This document shows positions 11,714 through 22,634 of a stretch of DNA of 64,000 nt, piece after piece. The notes below the pieces were generated by a model. It saw only the letters and a program-made list of their open reading frames with translations. It was not told where the DNA came from and ran no database searches. Within the stretch, counting starts at the first letter, position 1; every line of letters begins with the position of its first letter. The DNA is taken from the NCBI RefSeq assembly GCF_036321535.1, contig NC_087436.1, positions 13,206,001 through 13,270,000 on the forward strand, in the 5' to 3' direction. Origin of the DNA: Camelus dromedarius (Eukaryota). A program made the translations under genes and the position numbers.

Positions 11714-12971
11714 TGATACATACTTTTTTTTTTTTTTTAAAGCAGGAGCCAAAGGAGAAAACTTGAGTGAGGGTTTTCTGGCTGAAAGTGTCAATTGTGC
11801 TGAGGCTGAAAAGCCCTGGGTTACAGGGGGTGTGACAGGTGAGTGACAGTGTTCTGTTACATGAGGTATTGATTCGACTGGTAATACTGAGAACATGAGT
11901 GTCTGCTGTCTGCTCTTTCCCAGAGGCAATAGAGGACAGCGGTTTGTTAAGCTCCCGGGAAGCTGCTCAGGTTCTAACGGAAGCGTTCTGGTTTCACTAG
12001 CACCCTGGATTTCCACGGCCGGGAGTATGGTTTCCATTCGATCACGGTGGTCATTGTCCACAGGGCTCCCAGGCTGAGGTGGCCTTGTCATCTCAGTGAT
12101 CTTGGGAGGAAAAGTGATGTATCTCCAATACTGTCTCTGCTAGTTCATTCAGCACAAGCTGTAAGCGAGAACAGATTTTCAGTTTGAGAAGGTCATTTTT
12201 GTCCACGAATCAGCAAGATGGAAAAGCAGAACAAAAACTTTGGAAAGAGCTAAAAACCCAAACTGTGGCATCCAGGCTTTTCGTCCATAAGGCTCCCATC
12301 CCTCAATGAATCAAAACCTTACCCTTGAAGATCGAGGTTTTCATACCAACCAAGATAAATAAGACTATAATTTTTTTTTTCAGAATGCCTGTTAGAAATA
12401 TAATTCCACATACCTGGTGGTTTTTAAAAAAAATCCAGTCTTAAAAATGGAAAATAAAATTTAATACCATGTTATTACTTACAGTTGTCATTGGCAAAGC
12501 TTCCAGCTGCCTTCTGAATTTTCAAACACCACCCAGAGCTGTTTTTCTTTCAAAAAAAGATTTTTCCCTCAAGATTTTATGAAGATCTCTGAGTAGAATT
12601 GCATGCAACCCTGTGGAGGGTATAGTTTATTCATTTTACTTCCAGTTTGATTTTGCAAATGCTAACCTTGTTATTTTCTAGAAGAAAAAGAAGCTGTGAA
12701 TAATGTGATATGGACATCAGGGTTTACACTGTACGTATTCGTGTGGCCCTGTTGTCTTGGAATCTTATCTAAATCCTTCATCCTTACGGGCCCCAAGGGG
12801 GACTTTATCTTTGGAACCAAAATGCTGGAAAATCTGTCGTAACACTAGCTTTTATTTTGTAAACCTGTTGATGGTGATAATAATAGGGATATTCGAGAAA
12901 AAGTGAAAAAGAGTTCCCATAACACTTTTTGCAAGGCCTTAACTATTTCTAGACATTTCAGCGAGATTTCC

Positions 12972-13260
12972 TCTCATTCATCCACTCAATGGGAGCGTAC
13001 TGAGCATCGTTCACGTGCCAGACTGTTTCAGGCAACATTGATACAAGGGAACAAAAACAGATTCAGTTCCATCCTTGTGAAACTCAGTTTTTAGTAAGGG
13101 GGTTAGACCTTATACCACCAATTAAACAATAATTCATTAAACTGGATTATTTAATGATCATTGTAAGTGCTCCAAAGAGAACTGGAAGAGGCTGTGAAAG
13201 TTGAACTGGAGAATCGGCCTTGCCTGGGGGTGAGGGAAATTTCTTAGAGAAAGGGGTGTT
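12972..13260 (-). mobile_element. L2 relic
   Basis: tcattcatccactcaa...tactgagcatc...gtgccagactg is the reverse L2 3' end. Confidence 0.6.
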
Positions 13261-13380
13261 TGCTCTCAGTATCACCCATAGGTCCAGGCAGAAGTCCCTG
13301 AGTCTGCACTTTAGAAGAGCCTACACTCCTGTCCTTGCCCAGACTCAGGGTGCTCTAAGCCTCTGAATCCCTGTCCTAAG

Positions 13381-14112
13381 TGTTGTGGGACACAACAGGG
13401 GCCAGGCAGTGACGTGGTGGTTGGTAAAAGTTTGCCAGAGATAAAGTATGAGAATAGGAAAGGAGTTCCTTAGGGGTGGGTTGCCATAGACAGCAGCGGG
13501 ACCACACAGACGAGGGGAGCCCGTGTGAGCCCCGGGGGCCGGTTATTGGGGTTGGGTCACAAGGTGCCTGATCGGCTTGTGCACAGGTCTCTGATTGGTT
13601 GTAGGTGAGGTAAGAGATTTAGGGTCCATGAAGGGCTGTGGGGTGTATGACTCTGATAAGGTGGGCTGGGACAAGGCAGCCTGAGCTATTGTGAGATTAG
13701 GCATTACCTAGGGTTATTAGTTTGTTAGGGGAAACACGCCCAGTAGAGAATGTACTTGATCTGTTAAGGGATCACAGGCAGACATCTGAGAGCCCAGGAG
13801 TGGGGGTCGCTGGACTTTGAAGGACCTCATTTGGCCCTACACAAAGCACTTCGGGTCTGGTTCCAAGGCTGGTGTGGGCCTCTGCCCTGGGACTGCCATC
13901 CAAGGGGAAGCTGCAGGCGAGTGTGTCCACCCCTAGGTTTCACGGGTACTCAGTGGGGGCTGCTGGAATAGTGTGAGCATGCTTGGACCTTGAGGTGCTC
14001 ACGGGGATGTTTACAAGTCCTTTCATGATGTGCAGAGGAACCAAGGATGGGGAAAGAGGAAAATACGGTTTTGGCTACTGGGCAGAAGCCAAGGGCCATT
14101 GTCCTTACAACA
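13381..14112 (-). mobile_element. Probable solo ERV LTR (family unassigned)
   Basis: TG...CA ends with imperfect inverted termini (tgttgtgggaca / tgtccttacaaca) and an internal gattgg (CCAAT box). No clear TSD. Confidence 0.55.
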
Positions 14113-14504
14113 CAGCACCCTCGCATGGAACTCTGAGGGGTCTGAGACAGCAAATCCTGTCTACAGTGGGTGAACCTCCAACTGTGCTCTACCCTTGAGC
14201 CCTGAAAACGTTAGGGGTGGTCCCCTCTGACCTGGGCTTTGCAAGATGAGTTAGAACTGACTGGGCAGAGGGGCTCACATAGGTGCTGGCTCTGAGGTGG
14301 GGAAACAATGAGGTGTGTGCGGGATTGAGGAAGCCACTACGTCTGGGACCAGAGCATCTCCCTGCAGCCTGACCCAAGGGCTGTCCAGGGCAACAAAGAT
14401 CATCTTTGGAAAGGAGCACACTGTGTGACAAAACAAAAGCTTTCCACAGAATGTTTCTACTTGAGTAGGTATTTTAAAAATTATGAAACGACCCCAAACT
14501 CCTC

Positions 14505-14697
14505 ATTTGGGATTAACAGACATGTGTTACTATATATAAAAGAGATAAACAGCAAAGACCTACTCTAATGCACAGGGAACTACATTCAATTTCTTGTAAT
14601 AAGCTAAAATGGAAAAGAATCCGAAAATTTATATGTAAGTATAACAGAATCACTTTGCTTATAAATCAACTGCACTTTAATAAAAAAATAAAATTTA
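14505..14697 (+). mobile_element. Young L1 3' end fragment
   Basis: gcacagggaactacattcaat...aaatcaactgcactttaataaaaaaa. Confidence 0.75.
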
Positions 14698-15029
14698 GGA
14701 AAATTCTGAAATGATTTTAAACTATAATTTCTATGCAACCTATATTAAAAAGTTAAAACGGATTTTTGAAAATAGTTTTCTTTCAAATACTGAATTAGCA
14801 GTGTTCCATTCTCTTCCTAATCCCATGAAATAATCATTTCTCATGTTTTTCAAGTCTCTGGCCTCGGAAGTAGGAGCTGTTCCCCACTGCTGCCCTGGCT
14901 CAATTCCTATATTCAATAAATATTCATTGTATTCATTCATCTGTTTATTAATTTAACTCAGTTGTAGTTTTCTCAGCTTCAATATAGGAATAATAATTGT
15001 ATAATAGAGATGTGAGGATGAGATAAATT

Positions 15030-15093
15030 TTATGTATATTTTATATACACATATATATGTATGAATATATATACATATATAAACATATATACA
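15030..15093. repeat. (TA/CA)-rich microsatellite
   Basis: Imperfect (TA)n seen directly. Confidence 0.75.
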
Positions 15094-15457
15094 CAACTTC
15101 CAATTAGCAGAAAAACAAATGTACAAATAATTCTGTGGCAAGTATATAAGGGTAGCAGGAGTCTAAAACCAAAGAAGGAATTGATTCACTCTACCGCAGA
15201 ACAGGATAGTTTCACAGAAGAGGAGATATTTAATGGCACAGATTTTAATAAGCCCAGAAGGGAAAGGATAACCATCCTGCTTGACAAAAGGGAAGAAGGC
15301 ATAGAAGAGACGAGTGATGTTTGGGGAGGTGGGAATGGGGAATGGGTACCAGTGTGATGCAGAATGGGTCGGTCTGGTGCTGGGAGTTGAGTCTGGTGAC
15401 ACCAGAGTTGAGCCAGACTAAAAGGGACTTTTATGCTAAGAATTTGGTCCTGTATTC

Positions 15458-15612
15458 AGTAAAGCGGTGTTTCAAAAGGGTGGCCCTTGGACATTAGAAT
15501 CTCCTGGTATTTGTTAAAAATAAGGGTCCCTGGGTCCACTCCAAATGTAATGAATTGGAATACAAGCTTTCCAGGGGATTCTTGTTTATGTCTATGATTG
15601 AAATACTCTGAA
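15458..15612. mobile_element. MER5-type relic
   Basis: cattagaatctcctgg...ttgttaaaaa...ctttccaggggattc. Confidence 0.55.
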
Positions 15613-16683
15613 GCGTTAAGGGAAGTTCTCCAAGCATGTAATTTATACACAGAGCTTTGTCTCAGACAAGCGCCTGGCTACATCCATGCTCTCAAGAAAA
15701 CCAAGAAGCTCCTCTTCGGAAGACAAACAGGCATTCAGAAATGTAAGTTTCTCTCTCTTAGAAAATAAAATAGTGTAGATGCTCATTGGGTAGATACATT
15801 AAGCAAGGAGGGAGGCAATCTCAAGCAAATCTATTTTTGTTTGCATTGTACTCACTGTTCCCTAGGATCCTGACATCCAAGGGGGAAAAGATACAAATTC
15901 TCCTAAAAATAATAAGACACTAGATTTTTTTCCTATTATGTAATGCCAATTAAAGAACCCTAACCTAAAATCGCCTCAAGGGGTTTGAAACACTGTTTAG
16001 ATGATAAGTCACAAAACAATGGCTGGTGTGAAAATTGGTAACGTTTCAAATTTCTGTGAATGAAGGTCAACCAAACACAATATTTTCCAACCTTCTTCCT
16101 TAAGATGCGTCATCCTAAAATGTTACATATTGCTCAGTGCAAGCCTCTCGTGTTTAAGATGTTTACGGTTTTACAACTCTTTTCCCAATAAGTCTGTGTT
16201 TAATAAAGAGAATAATAAGATTTTGCTGAAATCTAAACATGTCATAAAGCTCAGTTTTGTTGATTACTACCCTTCAAACTATTTATGGAACACAACATTT
16301 TCAACGACTATTTAACAACGTGGGAAAATTCTCATAATATGATAAAAGACTAGGAAACCATAGTATATACGTATATATACACATATATAGCACATATATA
16401 CCTATATACGTGTGTATATTGTCAGTTCATTAAAACTGAGTCCCTAAGTGTAGATTAAAGATTAGAAGAGCATAAAATGTCAGTTAACTGTGATTCTGGG
16501 GATGGTGGCATCACCAGTGATTTCTGGTTCATTTTTTTGTGCCTTTTTTGTAATTTTGAAAACCTCTAACATGAACGCACCTTAGTTTTATAATTTGAAA
16601 AAGCCCCCAAGTGTGCGTATGACGACAGCACGGAGTAGTGCAGGAAGCAGGAATGAGCCCCAGCAGAGGGTGATGAACACCTT

Positions 16684-17158
16684 TGTTGTTGACGGCAAGT
16701 TCGTGTGCCCAATACACCATGAGGCCAAACAAGCCGAAACGGCGGAGTCTGCAACACAGAAAGGTTTATCACAGGGCCAAGCAAGGAGGACGGGGTGGCT
16801 CATGCCCAAGCAAACCCTGAACCCCCCAAGGGGTTTCAGCAAGCTTATTTAAAGGCCAGGTAAGGGAGAGGGGTCACAGGGTACACGATCAACTTGTGTA
16901 CAATCCTCTGACTGGTTGATGTGGAGGGAAAAGGATGGTCAACACTATCAACCTCTAGGCGCCAGAAGGTCTGGGGCCACGTGCTCTTGATCATTAAGTA
17001 GTCAGTTTCTTCCCTTTGGTGATAGTTTTCAACATCTGAAAAACTCAGGAAATATACATGAGTTACTATTATCTGGGTACTTCAGAGGGGAGCTGCAGCA
17101 GAGGACACGGAAGATGGGTCTGACCCTGGAAGGCCCCACAGGGTCCTGCTCAGTTATA
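16684..17158 (-). mobile_element. Solo ERV1-class LTR (family A), 4-bp TSD cctt
   Basis: cctt|tgttgttg...ctgctcagttata|cctt. Both ends are homologous (reverse) to the LTR at 36116-36716. Confidence 0.8.
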
Positions 17159-17278
17159 CCTTGGGCTCGGAGAAAGATGAAACTTCCCCTGCCCAAAGCA
17201 GAACCAAGTTCTCCTTCCTTTGTGCCCCCATTCCTTTGTGCCTCCTTCATTAAACAGTGGCCTGCATGTAACTCTTAC

Positions 17279-17324
17279 CTGTAAGGTCAGACCTAAGGCA
17301 GAGTCTGGCCCAGAGATGTTCCAT
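17279..17324 (-). CDS. Putative first coding exon portion (MEHLWARLCLRSDLT)
   Basis: Strong Kozak GTCACCATGG at 17324, strong donor CAG|gtaaga at 17278, and palindromic CRE TGACGTCA immediately upstream (17327-17334). Confidence 0.2.
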
Positions 17325-17569
17325 GGTGACGTCAGTGAGTGACTGGTCTCAGTTCTACAGAAGCCTGTGTTAACATCCCATCAGGTCAGACCAGGCTCCG
17401 GACTCTGCTGTTGGGAGATGCCCTTTTCACTATGGGAGCTGATCCTCAACTCAGGCAGGATGAAGGGAAAGGATGAGTTTGTGTTCTGCCCCAGAGAGCT
17501 GTGGACAAAGCTAGATGGCAGGTGCTAGGATCTAAGGAGAGAATTTCTTGCTCTAAAATAAGCACACTG

Positions 17570-18197
17570 GGCATATATCCAGAGGGAACTCTAATTTAGA
17601 AAGATACATGCACCCCAATGTTTATAGCAGCACTATACACAATAGCCAAGACATAGAAACAGCCTAAATGTCCATAGACAGTTGAATGGATAAAGAAGCT
17701 GTGGTATATTTATATACAACGGAATACTACTCAGCCACAAAAAAGAATGAAATAATGCTATTTGCAGCAACATGGATGGACCTGGAGATTGTCATTCTAA
17801 GTAAAGTAAGCCAGAAAGAGAAAGAAAAATACCATATGATATCACCTATATGTGGACTCTAAAAAAGAAAAAAGAAGATTCTAATGAACTTACCTACAAG
17901 ACAGAAAAAGACTCAAAGACATAGTAAACAATCTTATGCTTATTAGGGTGGGGGAAAGGGGTGGGAAGGATCAATTGAGAGTTCAAGATTTACAAATACT
18001 AACTATAATATAGGATATAGATAAACAACTTTGTACTGTATAGCACAAGGAACTTTATTCAATATCTCGCAGTAACCTATAATGAAAAATATGAAAATGA
18101 ATATATGTATGTATATGTATGACTGAAACATTATGCTGTACACCAGAAATTGACACATTGTAAGCTGACTATACTTCAATAAAAAATAAAATAAAAT
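17570..18197 (+). mobile_element. 5'-truncated young (camelid-type) L1 with TSD
   Basis: ORF2 end (gatacatgcaccccaatg...), 3'UTR and A tail; TSD aaaataagcacactg / aaaataggtacactg. Confidence 0.9.
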
Positions 18198-18877
18198 AAA
18201 ATAGGTACACTGACTCCTACCATTTTACCATCATATCTCCATTCCTTTTGGGGTCTGAATTCTCATAGCAGTCCCCTATTAAAGTGCAAATGACTCTGGG
18301 AGATGTTAAGCCTTTGTTGACCAACATCGTGTTTATTAACTTAGAGCTGAGCTGACAGCCATCAAACAGCAAGTGACCATGAAACATCAGTTCTCAGAGA
18401 GGTTTGGAGTGGTTGGAGGACAGCTAGGACCTTAGGGTGACCTAACTCAGAATGCCCCAAGATTTCCAGGGCTGGGTCTGGCCAACGGGAGTGGGTTGGG
18501 ACTCTCAGTTGTCAGCACACCCTCTGATCAGGTAGCAGGGAGGGCTCCAGGGGCCTGTACTCTTGGGCTCGGAGGTCAAGGTGAAGACCAGGTGGTGCAT
18601 ATGGTAGGCAGATGTGCTCTGGGCCTCAGTGCTCCCAGGCTCATAGGGAGTTCCACTTTCTCATCAAGTCCCAATGCACAGAAGACTAGGAATAAAGTTT
18701 TGGGGGGTTTGATATGATCTGGTGTGCTTTGGTTTGGTTTTTGTTTTGTTCATTTATTGGATGGTTTTGTTTTTGTTTTTTGTAAATAAGATTGGTTGTG
18801 ATTTTTCGAGTCATAAGCATAAATGTTCAGTGTTTGGGCCCCAACTAAGCACCTCAGTATTTAAATTAAGCATAGAA

Positions 18878-19122
18878 GGGGAGGGTGTAGCTTGGTGGTA
18901 GAGTGTATGCCTAGCATGCACAAGATCCACTTAAAATAAATAAACAAACCTAATTACCTCCCCATCAAAAACAAACAATAAATAAAAAATAAAATTAAAA
19001 AACATTTTTAAAAGGTGGGGAGGGTATAGCTCAGTAAAGCACATGAGATCCTGGGTTCAATCTTCTAGTATCTTTAAGAAAAATAAATAAAAATATTAAA
19101 CCTAACTACTGCCCCCTCAAAA
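18878..19122 (+). mobile_element. Two head-to-tail camelid SINEs
   Basis: Two ggggagggt(g/a)tagct heads at 18878 and 19017, each with an aaacctaa(t/c)tac body; outer TSD aagcatagaa / aggcatggaa. Confidence 0.85.
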
Positions 19123-19971
19123 AGGCATGGAACAGCTAATTACTCCTTCACGTTTCATTAATTAATTCACACATATTTAACTCCTCTCATTTCTCTTCAA
19201 AATTCAAAACTTTCATTTCTGAAGGATTGTCAAAGCTGTTCTCTGAAAGCCTTCCAGAAAGATCTGCGTCTTTCATGAAATGCCATAACTGGAGAAATAT
19301 GCTGAATTTTCCCACTTTCGTATGTATTATTAGTCACCACGGGAGAGCTAACTGGCACTCTGGATTGAGTAAGATCGCCTGAACAGTTTTCAAATATTTG
19401 GGGTTCAAAAAACCCAAAATGTGTTTTGCCAAAGCATTTGCTTTCCTCTTCATTTTTTAAAAAAAACCATGTTTATTTCAAGGAGCATTTATTCCATGTG
19501 TTTTTAATGTATTTACACTCAGTTCATTAAAATGCTACTCTACAACAGTTCCTTGGCGTCCGAGAGGCCCATGGAACACTTCTGCTTTGAAAGGGTAGGT
19601 GTGTTGTGCCGGCACGGGACACTCCCTCCCCAGGCCCTGGCGCCACGGTGCCCTGTCAGCCTCTCCTGTGCACTCGGGCCGGTCAGTGGTCAGGAAGGTC
19701 CTTGACATTTTAGTGCTCTGGTCAGAATGTAAGTGTTGAGGAATTCTGTCCCCTCCTGCCTTTGTGAATCTTGGGACTGCTGAGGATGTAAAGGACTGGC
19801 TGTCAGCACCCACGACCTTAATAAATGTCAATGCTGAGATTGGGAGAGGGAGGGGGAGATAAGAATGTCCCCATTGACTCCGTTCCTGTAGTGATAAGGA
19901 GTGACTCAACCCTCTGGAAAAATTAATACAGATCTGGTGAGTTGAAATTGCTTAGTGAGTAGCAAAGGCAC

Positions 19972-20110
19972 TTTTCTGGTTTTGTTCGCAGGGGAAGGGA
20001 ATTAGGTTTATTTATTTATCTATTTATTTTTAGTGGAGGTAGTGAGGATTGGACCCAGGACCTCGTGCACGCTAAGCATGCGCTCTACCACTAAGCTCTA
20101 CTCTCGCTGC
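19972..20110 (-). mobile_element. Camelid SINE with perfect 11-bp TSD
   Basis: agcaaaggcac at 19961-19971 and 20111-20121; body cccaggacctcgtgcacgctaagcatgcgctctaccact. Confidence 0.9.
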
Positions 20111-20344
20111 AGCAAAGGCACCCTTGATTGGCCATCCCCTTGTTTTGTTCTGCACACGTTGTCCTACCCTGAATGCCACTGGGTTTCTAAAAGGGAGGAT
20201 ATGCATAAGCAGTACTAAAGAGAAGGGGGTTTGGCTGCCTGACCTTTCTGTACTGGTGGACTAGCTCCTGGTAGATTCTTTTCAAAATAAAATGTCCCCT
20301 CGTGTGATTCTGGTTAGTCTCTGTTTACACACTCTTACCAAGTG

Positions 20345-20530
20345 GCAAGCACCGGGCTCACTTCTCTGGATGTGTGATTCCATTTCATCCTCCCCACTGT
20401 CCTCTGAGGTCAATATTATCATCCCCACTTTGCAGATGAGCAAAACGAGATGCAGAGAAAAACAACTTGGCTCAGGTCATGCGGCAGAGCAGTCAGGGGT
20501 GGGTGGGGTTGGCTTTGGCTCTCAGACCTG
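20345..20530 (-). mobile_element. MIR SINE
   Basis: attatcatccccactttgcagatgagcaaaacgag...cttggctcaggtca. Confidence 0.7.
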
Positions 20531-22634
20531 CAAGGTTGTTCCATACCAGGGTCCAGGTCCAAAGCCAGTCCCTCCATCTTGGGAAGCACTCAAGGAGACC
20601 AGCCCTGGAGAAAAGGAAATTGTTTTGATAGGACTTGGGAAGAGGGTGGTGCTGGGAAGGAGGAGGGAACTTCAAGGCCAGTCTTAGCACCAGAAGGGAC
20701 TCTGGAGATGATTTTGTCCCTCTTCCCTGAACTCTCTTTCTGTCAAGAAAAAAAAAAATATGTATACATGCTCTAGTTTCTCATTTTCCCTTTAAAGTAC
20801 AGATCACAGAAAGGAACACAATACTTCACATGTGGTCTGGGCGCCACCAAAGGGTGGCCTGCCTGTCCCTGTGCTCTCAACGCTCAGTCTATAAACAAAA
20901 CCCCACTTCTTCTACTTTCCAAGCCCACTCATTGTACATTGTTCAAGGTGGCCTAAACACTCCCTCCCGCTCCTGAGTTTCCAGTGGTCTCCTCTCACTG
21001 GACCTGGTTACCCAGTTCAAGTCCTTCCTCAGTCACAGGAAATACAGACATGGGCCAGAGAGGAGAGGTTTTGTTTTCTGAGTCTATTTATTTACTGCTC
21101 TGTTGTTCCTGTTAGGAATTCCAAGCTTTCTCATTCTTCTCATTCGGTCGCTATTTTGAAAAATACCCCTTTGCAGTGTCTCCTGTATTTATAGAAAATG
21201 CCAGCTCATTCTGATGCTGTGTTTCTCTGGCATTGTCATGGTCCAGGCCATGATTATGTATCCTCCTTAATTTGAAAGCCACCTTCCACTTTTAGGAGTC
21301 CTTTCCTAACTCCAAGGGAAGGCGTGATGATTTCTTGAAACTTTCCTTCTTTTTTTTTTTAACTCAAGTTTTAGGTTCAAAAGTTTGCCTATTTAGACCT
21401 TTCCATATCTTCTGTATCCACCTGCCCTTTAGAATCTCTGGCTACAGAATTATACAACCTCTCCCTGTATTTTTTTGAAACCTGCTTTTCCAAGTCTCAG
21501 ATTATGGCCGATGCCCAACACATTCATTTTCCGACAGAATTATCCAATGATAACATGGTCACACTTCTACAGTTCCTATTATTTCCACACTCCCTGTTAT
21601 ACTATGCTACTGCTCAGAATTAAAACCAAGGAGCAATTCTATTTATTGCTCCCTTTGTGTGCTGAGGAAAACAACAAATTAAACGAAGGCTCTACATTGA
21701 GCAAAATGAACTATTAAGTAGTTGTCCAAATAGATGAAGTCTTCTACCTCAATCACAAGGTACTTCCACAATGGTTTTGTAATCTACAGGAGGAAAGAGT
21801 TACCCATTTCTTGGAGGTGGCAGGGCTGCTTAAATTTACTCCCACAGTAAGGTTTTTTTCTGATCACTTTCTTTTTCTTTTCTCCCAAGTTGTCTTCAAT
21901 ATCCTTCCACAGAAAATCTCACAGAACCACAACTTCCATGCACTTGTGAAAGTTTCCCAGAGTTTGGAGTAGAAGATATTGGTGTATAATCACCATTGCC
22001 ACTTCTGTATATTGGCTACCAAGGATGCAAATACTATCCTCACAGGGATTTTGAGAAGATTAAACAAGGCAATGTGTTTGGCCATGGGGCCAGGCAAATT
22101 GGAAAGAGTGGTAGGAAGGTTTGCAATTATTTTTCCTGAGTTATTATTCCTCTGCCTCTTCAATGAAACATGTCTGTGGAATGAGATACACTTCTCCTTT
22201 ATAGCATTCCAAACTCGAGTCTTATAGTACAACTCTTTGTAGAATCGTATTTACCTTCCTAGATTAGACTGTCAAGGTCCCGCTGCTGATTAGCCCTAAT
22301 TAATGTGTTACATAATATGTAAAGAAGAAAAGCTTCTTGAAGACAAGGAGCGTCTTATTTTGGAACACCAGGCACCAAGCATATACTAGGATCAGGCTTT
22401 AGGTGTTTGGAGAATATTGCCTTTTCTTCTTCATCCTACTATAGATTTTTGCCTTAAAAATTAAGCTCTGCATGAGAAGGAGAACTAACTGTGAAGCTGG
22501 CCACCTGCAGGTAGAAAAAAGAATGCATTTGTTTCACTATCAACTGAACAAAGAGAAACAGGAAGAGAAGATAAATTATTACATAGTGTACAGCTTAGAT
22601 TTCCAAACTCAAGGCCATAATATTTACTCTTAAA

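Noticed and set aside
11624..12091. Longest ORF in the track (155 aa, minus strand)
   Set aside because: Its C-terminus (GGEYNLVVECTFSMQKVLGSIPS) is translated SINE sequence after a poly-A run; no recognisable domain.
12322..12387. Minus-strand exon candidate with strong donor AAGG|gtaagg
   Set aside because: Contains a long A run and low-complexity sequence, with no other support.
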